This document shows, piece by piece, positions 18,112-26,451 of a stretch of DNA of 32,000 bases. The notes under the pieces are model-generated. The model ran no database searches and was not told where the DNA came from. It worked only from the letters and a program-made list of their open reading frames with translations. Both the position numbers and the translations under genes were made by a program. The DNA lies in assembly GCF_000354175.2 (NCBI RefSeq), contig NC_022349.1, positions 3,060,001-3,092,000 on the forward strand. Direction: 5' to 3'. Source of the DNA: Vibrio alginolyticus NBRC 15630 = ATCC 17749. Its GTDB lineage: Bacteria; Pseudomonadota; Gammaproteobacteria; Enterobacterales; Vibrionaceae. How positions within the stretch are numbered: position 1 is the first letter of the stretch; each line of letters begins with the position of its first letter.

Positions 18112-19059
18112 ATGGATGATGAAGATAACAAATGCGATTGTCCGCCACCTGGCCTCCCGTTATGGATGGGGACATTCGCAGATTTGATGTCGCTGCTGAT
18201 GTGTTTCTTTGTTCTTCTGCTCTCGTTTTCTGAGATGGATGTACTGAAGTTCAAACAAATTGCAGGATCAATGAAATTTGCCTTCGGTGTGCAAAATCAG
18301 CTTGAAGTGAAAGACATTCCCAAAGGCACTAGCATTATTGCCCAAGAGTTTCGACCGGGTAGGCCGGAACCTACTCCGATTGATGTTATCATGCAGCAAA
18401 CCATGGACATCACTCAGCAGACGCTCGAATTTCATGAAGGGGAGTCTGAGCGAGCTGGTGGCACAAAACGTGATGAAGGCAAGTTAACGGGTGGGCAATC
18501 GCCAGAAACGTCAACTCAAAACAATGAGTCTGCCGAAGCGGACATGCAACAACAGCAATCTAAAGAGATGTCGCAAGAGATGGAAACCTTGATGGAAAGC
18601 ATCAAGAAAGCCTTAGAGCGAGAGATTGAACAAGGCGCCATTGAAGTTGAAAACCTCGGTCAGCAGATTGTTATACGTATGCGTGAAAAAGGTGCATTCC
18701 CTGAAGGATCGGCCTTCTTGCAGCCTAAGTTTCGTCCTTTAGTTCGTCAGATTGCAGAGCTAGTAAAAGACGTGCCAGGCATTGTTCGAGTATCTGGCCA
18801 TACAGACAATCGACCGCTAGATTCGGAACTTTATCGTTCTAACTGGGATCTCTCTTCTCAGCGCGCAGTATCAGTCGCGCAAGAGATGGAGAAAGTGAGA
18901 GGCTTCTCTCATCAACGTTTAAGAGTACGAGGCATGGCGGATACGGAGCCCTTGTTACCGAATGATTCTGATGAAAATCGCGCGCTTAACCGACGGGTTG
19001 AAATCAGCATTATGCAAGGCGAGCCTCTCTACAGTGAAGAAGTGCCGGTAATTCAATAA
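18112..19059 (+). CDS. pomB: Sodium-driven polar flagellar stator protein PomB (MotB family, OmpA-like C-terminal domain)
   Basis: MDDEDNKCDCPPPGLPLWMGTFADLMSLLMCFFVLLL includes the essential Asp in the TM segment. The C-terminal peptidoglycan-binding domain carries NRALNRRVEI. It is 315 aa from ATG 18112 (GGAGAG SD); the track starts one codon earlier at a GTG. Confidence 0.96.
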   Translation: MDDEDNKCDCPPPGLPLWMGTFADLMSLLMCFFVLLLSFSEMDVLKFKQIAGSMKFAFGVQNQLEVKDIPKGTSIIAQEFRPGRPEPTPIDVIMQQTMDITQQTLEFHEGESERAGGTKRDEGKLTGGQSPETSTQNNESAEADMQQQQSKEMSQEMETLMESIKKALEREIEQGAIEVENLGQQIVIRMREKGAFPEGSAFLQPKFRPLVRQIAELVKDVPGIVRVSGHTDNRPLDSELYRSNWDLSSQRAVSVAQEMEKVRGFSHQRLRVRGMADTEPLLPNDSDENRALNRRVEISIMQGEPLYSEEVPVIQ

Positions 19060-19093
19060 CTAGGCTTTAGTTTTAAGTCAGTAAAGAGATAAG

Positions 19094-19126
19094 AAAGCGA
19101 GCAGATTGCTCGCTTTTTTTGTTTTT
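19094..19126 (+). terminator. Rho-independent terminator after pomB
   Basis: AGCGAGCA-gat-TGCTCGCT hairpin followed by TTTTTTTGTTTTT. Confidence 0.85.
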
Positions 19127-19270
19127 CCAATCCGCTTGGGTGTATAATCTTGCGCCTTAAAAGTGAGCTCAGACTACTTTTTGTGACTGAAACGCGGTTT
19201 TACTGCGTATGAAGTATTGAAGTTGAGTGTCACTCTTTGTTGATTGCGAAACTAACCTGCGAATTAGACT

Positions 19271-20719
19271 ATGAAATTTATTGTAAAGCCCCATCCAGAA
19301 ATTTTTGTAAAAAGTGAATCTGTGCGTAAGCGCTTCACAAAGATTTTAGAGTGCAACATTCGTAACATCATTAAGAGCCGCACGGAGTCTGTCGCGGTAT
19401 TTAACCGTCGTGATCACATTGAAGTGACCTCTGAGAGTAACGAATTCCACGCTGAAGTTCTTGAGGTTTTGACTCATACACCAGGCATTCACCACGTACT
19501 GGAAGTGAAGCAAACTGAATTTAAAGACTTGCACGATATCTTCGAGCAAGTGCTAGAACTCAACCGTGCTGCACTCGAAAATAAAACCTTTGTTGTACGT
19601 GCGAAGCGTCGTGGCAAGCATGACTTTACCTCCATTGAACTAGAGCGTTATGTAGGCGGTGGTTTAAATCAAGCGATTGAAAGCGCTAGTGTTAAGCTAC
19701 GAAACCCAGACGTGACGATCAAGGTAGAAGTCTCGAACGACAAGCTAAACCAAGTATTGTCTCGTCATAAAGGCCTAGGTGGTTTCCCTCTGGGTACGCA
19801 AGAAGACGTGTTAAGCCTGATCTCGGGTGGTTTCGATTCTGGTGTTTCAAGCTATCTTCATATCAAGCGTGGTTCAAAAGTACATTACTGCTTCTTTAAC
19901 TTAGGTGGTCCAGCACACGAAATCGGCGTTAAGCAGGTTTCTCACTACCTATGGAACAAATACGGTTCTTCAGCAAAAGTACGTTTTATCTCAGTTGATT
20001 TCGAGCCTGTGGTTGCGGAAATCCTAGAGAAAGTCGATGACGGCCAAATGGGCGTGATCTTGAAGCGTATGTTCATGCGTGCAGCAGGCATGATCGCTCA
20101 GAAGATGAAGATCGAAGCATTGGTAACAGGTGAAGCGCTAGGTCAAGTATCGAGCCAAACGCTAACCAATCTACGCCACATCGACAACGTAACAGACACG
20201 CTGATTCTGCGTCCGCTTATCAACTGGGATAAAGAAGACATCATCAATCTAGCACGTGAAATCGGCACAGAAGATTTCGCGAAGACAATGCCAGAATACT
20301 GTGGTGTTATCTCTAAGAAGCCAACCGTGAAAGCGGTGAAAGGCAAGCTAGAAGCTGAAGAAGAGAAATTCGACTTTAGTATCCTTGAGCAAGTGGTTCA
20401 AGAAGCTCGCATGATGGACATTCGTGATATCGCGAAAGAGTCTGAGCAAGCCGCACCAGAAGTAGAGCAAGTTCAAGCGGTAGAAGAGCACGCGGTTGTG
20501 CTAGATATTCGTAGTCCTGAAGAGGAAGACGATAACCCACTTGAAATCGAAGGTGTGGATGTGAAACATATCCCTTTCTACAAGCTGGGTACACAGTTTG
20601 GTGACTTAGACCAGTCTAAGACATACCTACTTTACTGTGACCGCGGTGTGATGAGCCGTCTGCAAGCGCTTTACTTGCAAGAGCAAGGCTTCAGCAACGT
20701 AAAAGTTTACCGTCCATAG
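19271..20719 (+). CDS. thiI: tRNA 4-thiouridine(8) synthase / thiazole sulfur carrier ThiI (THUMP + PP-loop + rhodanese)
   Basis: 482 aa with the PP-loop [11 protein letters not shown] and a C-terminal rhodanese domain (catalytic Cys in YCDRGVMS). Confidence 0.96.
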   Translation: MKFIVKPHPEIFVKSESVRKRFTKILECNIRNIIKSRTESVAVFNRRDHIEVTSESNEFHAEVLEVLTHTPGIHHVLEVKQTEFKDLHDIFEQVLELNRAALENKTFVVRAKRRGKHDFTSIELERYVGGGLNQAIESASVKLRNPDVTIKVEVSNDKLNQVLSRHKGLGGFPLGTQEDVLSLISGGFDSGVSSYLHIKRGSKVHYCFFNLGGPAHEIGVKQVSHYLWNKYGSSAKVRFISVDFEPVVAEILEKVDDGQMGVILKRMFMRAAGMIAQKMKIEALVTGEALGQVSSQTLTNLRHIDNVTDTLILRPLINWDKEDIINLAREIGTEDFAKTMPEYCGVISKKPTVKAVKGKLEAEEEKFDFSILEQVVQEARMMDIRDIAKESEQAAPEVEQVQAVEEHAVVLDIRSPEEEDDNPLEIEGVDVKHIPFYKLGTQFGDLDQSKTYLLYCDRGVMSRLQALYLQEQGFSNVKVYRP

Positions 20720-20739
20720 CTGACTGTTAAAATACGTTA

Positions 20740-20782
20740 AAAGGCGCAAATTGAGACATCAATTTGCGCCTTTTTTGTTTTT
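20740..20782 (+). terminator. Rho-independent terminator after thiI
   Basis: GGCGCAAATTG (20743-20753) pairs with CAATTTGCGCC (20760-20770), followed by TTTTTTGTTTTT. Confidence 0.9.
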
Positions 20783-20930
20783 GATCGCGTTACAGACAAC
20801 CATTACTTAGCATAATGTTGAGGCTTATCGCAAAGCCATACACTTTGTGTTGATATAACGATAATTAATCCGAAAGAAGAGTAATAAAGTGATATTGCTG
20901 CCAGATATGCGGATGAGATTTTTGATAGAT

Positions 20931-21140
20931 AAAAAAACACCGCCTAATTTAGGCGGTGTAACAAATTTGACAGACAGGTCAAAAATAAATACAGGAAGTA
21001 TATGTTTTGTCACAGGGAGTGTGGACAAAACATTATGGTAGAAATCTACCTAACTCGAAATACGAGTTTGCAAACACAACATCGCAACAACGAAGCCAAT
21101 TGATTTCCAAAGAAATCAAGCCGTTCAGGCCCGTGTTGCG
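20931..21140 (-). ncRNA. gcvB: GcvB small regulatory RNA (Hfq-dependent, amino-acid transport/biosynthesis regulon)
   Basis: - The reverse strand contains the G/U-rich R1 seed GGCUUCGUUGUUGCGAUGUUGUGUUUGCAAA.
- The conserved 3' module UACUUCCUGUAUUUAUUUUUGACCUGUCUGUCAAAUUUGUUACACCGCCUAAAUUAGGCGGUGUUUUUUU parallels E. coli GcvB (CACUUCCUGUACAUUUACCCUGUCUGUCCAUAGUGAUUAAUGUAGCACCGCCUAAUUGCGGUGCUUUUUUU).
- It is divergent from gcvA, as in enterics.
- The 5' end is inferred from the promoter; the 3' end is the terminator U-tract. Confidence 0.88.
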
Positions 21141-21146
21141 GGGTGA

Positions 21147-21175
21147 AATATAGAATTTATCTGGCTGTTCGACAA
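21147..21175 (-). promoter_or_regulatory. gcvB promoter (TTGTCG-N17-TATATT)
   Basis: On the reverse strand the -35 is TTGTCG (21175-21170), followed by a 17-nt spacer and the -10 TATATT (21152-21147). This places the TSS near 21139-21140. Confidence 0.5.
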
Positions 21176-21207
21176 CGGACATTTTATAATGTTTCAGATT
21201 AAAAAAA

Positions 21208-21220
21208 CTAATCCTATTAG
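21208..21220. promoter_or_regulatory. GcvA-type site (CTAAT-cct-ATTAG) in the gcvA leader
   Basis: An inverted pair of the CTAAT core described for GcvA operators lies immediately upstream of the gcvA SD. This is consistent with autoregulation and gcvB control. Confidence 0.4.
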
Positions 21221-21229
21221 AGGTCCCAT

Positions 21230-22150
21230 ATGTCTCGCAGATTGCCTCCATTAAATTCGCTTCGAGTCTTCGAAGCGGCTGCTCGTCATCTCAGTTTTAC
21301 ACGAGCAGCAGAAGAGTTATTTGTTACTCAAGCCGCGGTCAGTCACCAGATTAAAGCGCTTGAAGAGTTCTTATCATTGAAGCTCTTCCGTCGACGTAAT
21401 CGTTCTTTGTTGTTAACAGAAGAAGGCCAAAGTTACTTTCTCGATATCAAAGATATTTTCACCTCGATTGCGGAAGCGACAGATAAGGTGTTGGAACGTA
21501 GCGAAAAAGGGGCATTGACGATTAGCCTACCGCCGAGTTTTGCTATCCAATGGCTTGTACCTCGTTTGGCCGATTTTAATGCTCAAGAGCCCGATATCGA
21601 TGTTCGTATTAAAGCCGTAGATATGGATGAAGGCTCACTGACTGATGATGTTGATGTGGCGATCTACTATGGCCGTGGGAACTGGCCAGGTTTGCGAGCA
21701 GATAAATTGTACCAAGAGTTTTTGATCCCACTTTGTTCACCTTCATTACTTTTGGGTAACAAACCATTAGAATCTTTAAGTGACCTCAAATTACATACTT
21801 TGTTACACGATACTTCGCGTAAAGACTGGAAGCAGTTTGCTCGTCATTACAACATTGAAGGCATCAACGTAAACCACGGTCCTATTTTTAGTCACTCAAC
21901 GATGGTGCTACAGGCTGCTGCGCACGGTCAGGGGGTCGCGCTCGGTAACAACGTACTCGCCAAACCTGAAATGGAAGCCGGACGACTCATTGCACCATTC
22001 GACGAGGTGTTGATATCTAAGAATGCATTCTATGTGGTGTGTCATGAACAGCAGGCAGATATGGGCCGAATCGCAACGTTTAGAGATTGGATGTTAGCAA
22101 CCGCGAGAAAAGAACAAGAGGAAGTATTGGATGAATCACTGGATAGCTGA
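21230..22150 (+). CDS. gcvA: LysR-family glycine cleavage system transcriptional activator GcvA
   Basis: MSRRLPPLNSLRVFEAAARHLSFTRAAEELFVTQAAVSHQIKALEEFL is nearly identical in pattern to the E. coli GcvA HTH. 306 aa. Confidence 0.96.
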   Translation: MSRRLPPLNSLRVFEAAARHLSFTRAAEELFVTQAAVSHQIKALEEFLSLKLFRRRNRSLLLTEEGQSYFLDIKDIFTSIAEATDKVLERSEKGALTISLPPSFAIQWLVPRLADFNAQEPDIDVRIKAVDMDEGSLTDDVDVAIYYGRGNWPGLRADKLYQEFLIPLCSPSLLLGNKPLESLSDLKLHTLLHDTSRKDWKQFARHYNIEGINVNHGPIFSHSTMVLQAAAHGQGVALGNNVLAKPEMEAGRLIAPFDEVLISKNAFYVVCHEQQADMGRIATFRDWMLATARKEQEEVLDESLDS

Positions 22151-22754
22151 GGGACCTGAAAACGGACCGCTGTTTATTTTTGCTCACGGCGCAGGTGCGG
22201 GGATGGAGCATGACTTCATGACAGCTGTCGCCAAAGGATTAGTGGAGCAAGGTATTCGTGTAGTGCGTTTTAATTTCCCTTACATGGTGAAACGTTCGGA
22301 AGATGGCAAAAAGCGTCCGCCCGATCGCGCGCCAAAGTTGCTCGAAGCATACAGCGAAGTGATCGCTCACTTTACTTCTTCTCCCGTGGTTATTGGTGGT
22401 AAGTCAATGGGCGGTCGTATGTCGAGCTTGTTGGCTGAAAATGAGCTGGTGGCGGGCATTGCCTGTTTAGGGTTTCCATTTCACCCGCCAGGAAAGCCAG
22501 AGAAATACAAAGGCGAGCACTTAGCAACCATTGAGAAACCTACGCTGATTCTTCAAGGGGAACGAGACACCTTTGGTAAGCGTGAGGAATTCGATGATTT
22601 CGTCCTTTCGTCACAAGTAACGGTGAGCTTTTTACCTGATGGTGACCACAGCTTCAAACCGCGCAAGATCTCAGGTCATACTGAAGTAGGTAACATTACA
22701 CTCGCGATAGAGCAGTTAGCGGCGTTTATAAAAGAGGTGTACAGTGAAAAGTAA
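22131..22754 (+). CDS. Alpha/beta-fold hydrolase of unknown specificity (short dienelactone-hydrolase-like / COG3571-type)
   Basis: 207 aa with an HGAGAG oxyanion-region strand, the nucleophile elbow GKSMGG (Ser92) and a C-terminal DGDHSF (catalytic His). Its start overlaps the gcvA 3' end by 20 nt. Confidence 0.85.
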   Translation: MNHWIAEGPENGPLFIFAHGAGAGMEHDFMTAVAKGLVEQGIRVVRFNFPYMVKRSEDGKKRPPDRAPKLLEAYSEVIAHFTSSPVVIGGKSMGGRMSSLLAENELVAGIACLGFPFHPPGKPEKYKGEHLATIEKPTLILQGERDTFGKREEFDDFVLSSQVTVSFLPDGDHSFKPRKISGHTEVGNITLAIEQLAAFIKEVYSEK

Positions 22755-23142
22755 GTGGTTACTCTCATTCTCTGGATTGTCTGGGCTGCTTTCGGTCGCT
22801 CTTGGAGCATTTGCTGCTCATGGGCTAAAAGCGACACTGGCCCCTTATTTGCTCGGTGTATTTGAGACCGGAGTTCTGTATCAATTTATTCACACGTTGG
22901 CGATTGTGTTTTGTGCCATTCTGTTTCTGCTCAATTTGGGACAAAAAGCACAAAAATATTTTTTCATTGCGGCGATTTGCTTTATTATCGGCATCTTTTG
23001 TTTTAGCGGCAGTCTTTACGCGCTGGCGCTGACGGGCATTAAGTGGTTTGGGCCAATTACTCCTGTGGGAGGATTACTGTTCATGATTGGTTGGTGTCTG
23101 TTCTTTTTTGCTGCGTTCAATATCAAAGAGGTCTCCAAGTGA
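22744..23142 (+). CDS. ygdD: DUF423 inner-membrane protein (YgdD-like)
   Basis: 132 aa with four hydrophobic helices (GAFAAHGL motif). It occupies the same position next to rlmM as E. coli ygdD. The GTG start overlaps the hydrolase by 11 nt. Confidence 0.85.
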   Translation: MKSKWLLSFSGLSGLLSVALGAFAAHGLKATLAPYLLGVFETGVLYQFIHTLAIVFCAILFLLNLGQKAQKYFFIAAICFIIGIFCFSGSLYALALTGIKWFGPITPVGGLLFMIGWCLFFFAAFNIKEVSK

Positions 23143-24230
23143 AACAACTAATGCTCTATTGCCGTTCTGGCTTTGAGAAAGAGTGTGCTGGTGAAATTCA
23201 GGACAAAGCGACACAGTTGGAAGTGTATGGCTTCCCTCGTGTGAAGAGAAACTCAGGTTATGTTGTCTTCGAGTGTTACCAAGATGGAGATGCCGACAAA
23301 CTTGCGAGAGGTTTAGACTTTAAGTCTTTAATTTTTGCTCGACAAATGTTTGCGGTAGCAGCTGAGTTTCAATCGTTGCCAAGTGATGACCGCATTAGTC
23401 CAATTTTGAATGAACTAGCAGACATTGAAGCATTCCCTCGTTGTGGTGATTTGAGAATTGAAACGCCAGATACAAATGAAGCGAAAGAGCTACTGAAATT
23501 CTGCCGTAAGTTTACCGTCCCAATGCGTCAAGCGTTGCGCGGCAAAGGCTTAATGCTGAACAAAGATAACGCGAAAAAACCAGTACTGCACATTTGCTTT
23601 GTTGAGCCTGGCCACTGTTACGTTGGTTACTCTTACACTGACAACAACTCACAGTTCTTCATGGGTATCCCTCGCCTTAAATTCCCAGCAGACGCTCCAA
23701 GTCGTTCAACACTTAAACTGGAAGAAGCATTTCATGTCTTTATTCCACGTGAAGAGTGGGATGAGCGTTTGGCACCAGGTATGTGGGGTGTGGATTTAGG
23801 TGCATGTCCAGGCGGTTGGACGTACCAATTAGTGAAGCGCTCAATGTTCGTTCACTGCGTTGATAACGGCATGATGGCAGACAGTTTGATGGAAACTGGC
23901 CAGATCAAACACCATATGGTGGATGGCTTTAAGTTCGAACCAGACCGCAAGAACGTAACATGGATTGTTTGTGACATGGTGGAAAAGCCAGCTCGTGTTG
24001 CTCACCTGATGGGACAGTGGCTGTTAAAAGGTTGGGCAAAAGAGGCCATCTTTAACCTTAAGCTGCCAATGAAAGGGCGTTATGACGAAGTGCTGCAAGA
24101 CCTTGAAAATCTGAAGCAGTTCCTCATTGATAATAAGGTAAAGTTCAAGCTACAAGCTAAACATTTGTATCATGATCGTGAAGAGATCACGATTCATATC
24201 CAATGTCTGTCGAATATTTCACCTTACTAA
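23139..24230 (+). CDS. rlmM: 23S rRNA 2'-O-ribose C2498 methyltransferase RlmM
   Basis: (M)[19 protein letters not shown] aligns with E. coli [20 protein letters not shown], and the product carries the SAM-binding [16 protein letters not shown] place the start at GTG 23139 (GTGA overlap with the ygdD stop). The 32 upstream codons in the track lie inside ygdD. Confidence 0.94.
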   Translation: MKQLMLYCRSGFEKECAGEIQDKATQLEVYGFPRVKRNSGYVVFECYQDGDADKLARGLDFKSLIFARQMFAVAAEFQSLPSDDRISPILNELADIEAFPRCGDLRIETPDTNEAKELLKFCRKFTVPMRQALRGKGLMLNKDNAKKPVLHICFVEPGHCYVGYSYTDNNSQFFMGIPRLKFPADAPSRSTLKLEEAFHVFIPREEWDERLAPGMWGVDLGACPGGWTYQLVKRSMFVHCVDNGMMADSLMETGQIKHHMVDGFKFEPDRKNVTWIVCDMVEKPARVAHLMGQWLLKGWAKEAIFNLKLPMKGRYDEVLQDLENLKQFLIDNKVKFKLQAKHLYHDREEITIHIQCLSNISPY

Positions 24231-24261
24231 CTTTATTCCCTGAGTCTTTTGGGGATAGTGA

Positions 24262-24290
24262 TGACCCGTCCTGATATGGGTTGACACTTT
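24262..24290. repeat. IS terminal inverted repeat (orfB-proximal end)
   Basis: TGACCCGTCCTGATATGGGTTGACACTTT pairs with the reverse complement of 25525-25553 (TGTGCCGTCCTAAATAAGGTTGACACTTT). Confidence 0.85.
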
Positions 24291-24294
24291 TTAA

Positions 24295-25101
24295 CTAAAA
24301 CGCTCGATGTACTTCATCGGGCGTTTTGTATTTTAAAGCCGTATGAGGCCTCATTTGATTATAGATATCTACGGACTCTGCTACCATCGTCCTTGCTTCT
24401 TTCAGATCTTTCGGTTTCTTCAGCAAGAGCTCCATTTTGAGTATCCCATTTACACGCTCAGCTAAAGCATTCTGATAACAGTCATACCCGTCAGTCATTG
24501 AGCAAGTCACTCTATGTTTCTTATGGATATCTTGATATTCCCTCGAACAGTATTGTGAGCCTCTATCTGAGTGGTGTATTAGCTTTTCTTCACTCTGCCG
24601 TTGCCTGAGAGCTGAGATAAATGCCCGCTTAACTGATTGAGTTTTCATGTTGTCATCCACATAAAAACCAACAATCTTCCTTGAATAAGCGTCTGTAACC
24701 AAGCTGAGATAACTCTCTCCATTTTGAGTTGGCAAGTAAGTAATATCAGCAACCCACAGTTGTTCTGGCTTCGTTGGTGTCAGCCCATCTTTCACTTTGT
24801 TTGGGTGACAGAAAAATCGATGACGGCTGTCAGTCGTTCGGTGATAGGCTCGTCTTGCTCTCACTAACAGCCGATGCTTTCTGAGAAGTTCAAAGAGCTT
24901 ATCGCGACCTATTTGAATGCCCTTTGTTGCTGCTAAGAACTTCAGTTTACGCGTGCCAATGCGTGGCTGCTTCAGCCTGACTTCACGGACAAAGCCAATG
25001 ACAGCATGCTCATGATGTTCACAACGAGATTGAGTTTGGCATTGCTTATAATAAGCTTGGCGAGAGATTTGTACTAACTGACAAAACTTCGTAACGCTCA
25101 A
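24295..25101 (-). CDS. IS3-family transposase OrfB (DDE/RNase-H-like integrase core), normally expressed as OrfAB fusion
   Basis: The DDE triad context is WVADITY..., HHSDRGSQY... and ALAERVNGILK. The frame is -1 relative to orfA and stays open from the slippery site through the TTG called by the track. Confidence 0.92.
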   Translation of the reverse strand: MSVTKFCQLVQISRQAYYKQCQTQSRCEHHEHAVIGFVREVRLKQPRIGTRKLKFLAATKGIQIGRDKLFELLRKHRLLVRARRAYHRTTDSRHRFFCHPNKVKDGLTPTKPEQLWVADITYLPTQNGESYLSLVTDAYSRKIVGFYVDDNMKTQSVKRAFISALRQRQSEEKLIHHSDRGSQYCSREYQDIHKKHRVTCSMTDGYDCYQNALAERVNGILKMELLLKKPKDLKEARTMVAESVDIYNQMRPHTALKYKTPDEVHRAF

Positions 25102-25103
25102 AC

Positions 25104-25499
25104 CTACAATGGTTTTCTCTTGGACAACGCTTCTTTGTGCTTTTTTGTCACTCTAACACCATAGTCACGTTCCATAACGTTCACGACAGCTTCAAAGAAG
25201 TCGGCTTTGAGTTGAGCATCTTCGAGCTGCTTCTCAAGCTCTTTAATACGTTGCTCTGGTGTAGGAGGTAAATTGAACTCGGCCATAGAGTCTCCTTTGG
25301 ACATAAAGTTAGGTGTCCCTTTAGACCAATCTAGTCGACCATGCTTACGAAGCCAAACCAAAACCGTAGAGCAACCTTGGATGCCATACTTCTCTTGGGC
25401 TTGTTTGTAAGTGAGGCTTCCTTTTTCAACCTCATCAACTACAGTGAGTTTAAAAGCGAGGGAGTAATCGCGCTGAGTTCTTTTAGTTGTTGATTTCAT
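25104..25499 (-). CDS. IS3-family transposase OrfA (HTH + leucine-zipper region)
   Basis: MKSTTKRTQRDYSLAFKLTVVDEVEKGSLTYKQAQEKYGIQG carries the HTH, followed by a heptad region (IKELEKQLEDAQLKADF). ATG 25499 has a GGAGAG SD; the TTG at 25511 in the track is unlikely. Confidence 0.9.
   Translation of the reverse strand: MKSTTKRTQRDYSLAFKLTVVDEVEKGSLTYKQAQEKYGIQGCSTVLVWLRKHGRLDWSKGTPNFMSKGDSMAEFNLPPTPEQRIKELEKQLEDAQLKADFFEAVVNVMERDYGVRVTKKHKEALSKRKPL
25140..25146 (-). other. Programmed -1 ribosomal frameshift heptamer A AAA AAG
   Basis: In orfA frame the codons read acA AAA AAG. Slipping -1 gives ...KKAQRSVVQEKTIVGLSVTKFCQ..., which is contiguous with OrfB. This is the same heptamer used by IS911/IS3-type elements. 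Confidence 0.8.
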
Positions 25500-25524
25500 A
25501 ACACTCTCCAATTTTTTTGGGGGG

Positions 25525-25553
25525 AAAGTGTCAACCTTATTTAGGACGGCACA
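25525..25553. repeat. IS terminal inverted repeat (orfA-proximal end)
   Basis: See the partner repeat at 24262-24290. Confidence 0.85.
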
Positions 25554-25564
25554 TGATTAGAATA

Positions 25565-25594
25565 GAAAAAGCGCCTTCAAATGGCGCTTTTTTA
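25565..25594. terminator. Bidirectional terminator between rlmM (now separated by the IS) and xni
   Basis: AAAAA-GCGCC-ttcaaat-GGCGC-TTTTTT. Confidence 0.8.
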
Positions 25595-25633
25595 ATATCT
25601 GAGGGTTTCATGGTGTGAAACTACCATCGGGCA

Positions 25634-26416
25634 CTACTCCGCTTTGTTTGGCCCTAAAAAGCGAATATCTTGCAAGTTAAAGCCTAGTTCTATATCGCAC
25701 TTTAAAGCGGCGACGCGTTTACATAAACGAGCAGACTCAATGTGCTCATCCAATTTTTTACGGTATTTCGGTACGAGATCTTCACTAGCGTAGGCAGCTT
25801 CAATACTCTCAAACTGAGTGAGAATCTCTTTCGCTGCTTTCGGGCCAATTCCAGGTACGCCCGGAACCTGGCTAGAGCTTATCCCTGTCAATCCCCAGTA
25901 ATCCGCTAGTTGACTTGGTTTTACGCCGAACTCTTTTTCGATAAATGGTTCATCTAACCAACGATGTTGGAAATAATCACGGATTTGTAGGGTAGGGGAA
26001 AGTAGCTGGCAGTAACCTTTGTCAGTCGAAACGATGGTGACTTTTTCACCATGGCTGGCCACTTTCGTTGCGAGTGTAGCAACCAAATCATCTGCTTCAT
26101 CGCCTTCAGACAGCAATGAATCAATACCTTGCTCCCACCACGCTTGTTGAATCGCATCTAACCCTTGCAGTAGTGGCAGAGGCATTGGTTTTCGGTTTTG
26201 CTTATAGTCAGGGAGAATTTCAGCGCGCCAACCTCTGTCTTGTTCGTGGTGATCAAAAACTGCGATGATGTGTGTCGGGTTGGCCTCTGACAGAATGCGA
26301 GTGAGGGTTCTTTGCGTTGTGGTTATAGTTCTTGCTATGTCGGTTGGATCTGGTTGTGCTGAGTGCACTCGGCGGATCAGGTTTAGGGCATCAATGATAA
26401 CAAGATGAATAGACAT
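25634..26416 (-). CDS. xni: Flap endonuclease Xni (ExoIX, YgdG)
   Basis: 260 aa. MSIHLVIIDALNLIRRVH marks the PIN-like 5' nuclease domain, and GVPGIGPKAAKEIL marks the H3TH motif. Confidence 0.94.
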   Translation of the reverse strand: MSIHLVIIDALNLIRRVHSAQPDPTDIARTITTTQRTLTRILSEANPTHIIAVFDHHEQDRGWRAEILPDYKQNRKPMPLPLLQGLDAIQQAWWEQGIDSLLSEGDEADDLVATLATKVASHGEKVTIVSTDKGYCQLLSPTLQIRDYFQHRWLDEPFIEKEFGVKPSQLADYWGLTGISSSQVPGVPGIGPKAAKEILTQFESIEAAYASEDLVPKYRKKLDEHIESARLCKRVAALKCDIELGFNLQDIRFLGPNKAE

Positions 26417-26429
26417 AATGACTTAGCAA

Positions 26430-26451
26430 TAAAAAAGGGGCGTAATGCCCC
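26430..26451 (-). terminator. Rho-independent terminator after ppnN, 13 nt before the xni start codon
   Basis: The reverse strand reads AGGGGC-attac-GCCCCT followed by TTTTTTATT. Confidence 0.7.

Larger units (their letters stand above)
24262..25553 (-). mobile_element. Intact IS3-family insertion sequence, 1,292 bp
   Basis: It has TG...CA termini and imperfect terminal inverted repeats (22/29 match). It carries two ORFs in 0/-1 frames with an A AAA AAG slippery heptamer. It is flanked by a 3-bp direct repeat TGA (24259-24261 and 25554-25556). Confidence 0.92.

Noticed and set aside
19127-19270. TPP riboswitch or other leader element upstream of thiI
   Set aside because: No THI-box (CUGAGA...) core is present. 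The region contains only a TATAAT (19143-19148) and short weak hairpins.
20825-21251. Track ORFs 20825-21028 (-) and 21033-21251 (-) in the thiI-gcvA gap
   Set aside because: They overlap the GcvB sRNA, its terminator and the gcvA/gcvB promoter region. GcvB homology explains the sequence better than two orphan peptides do.
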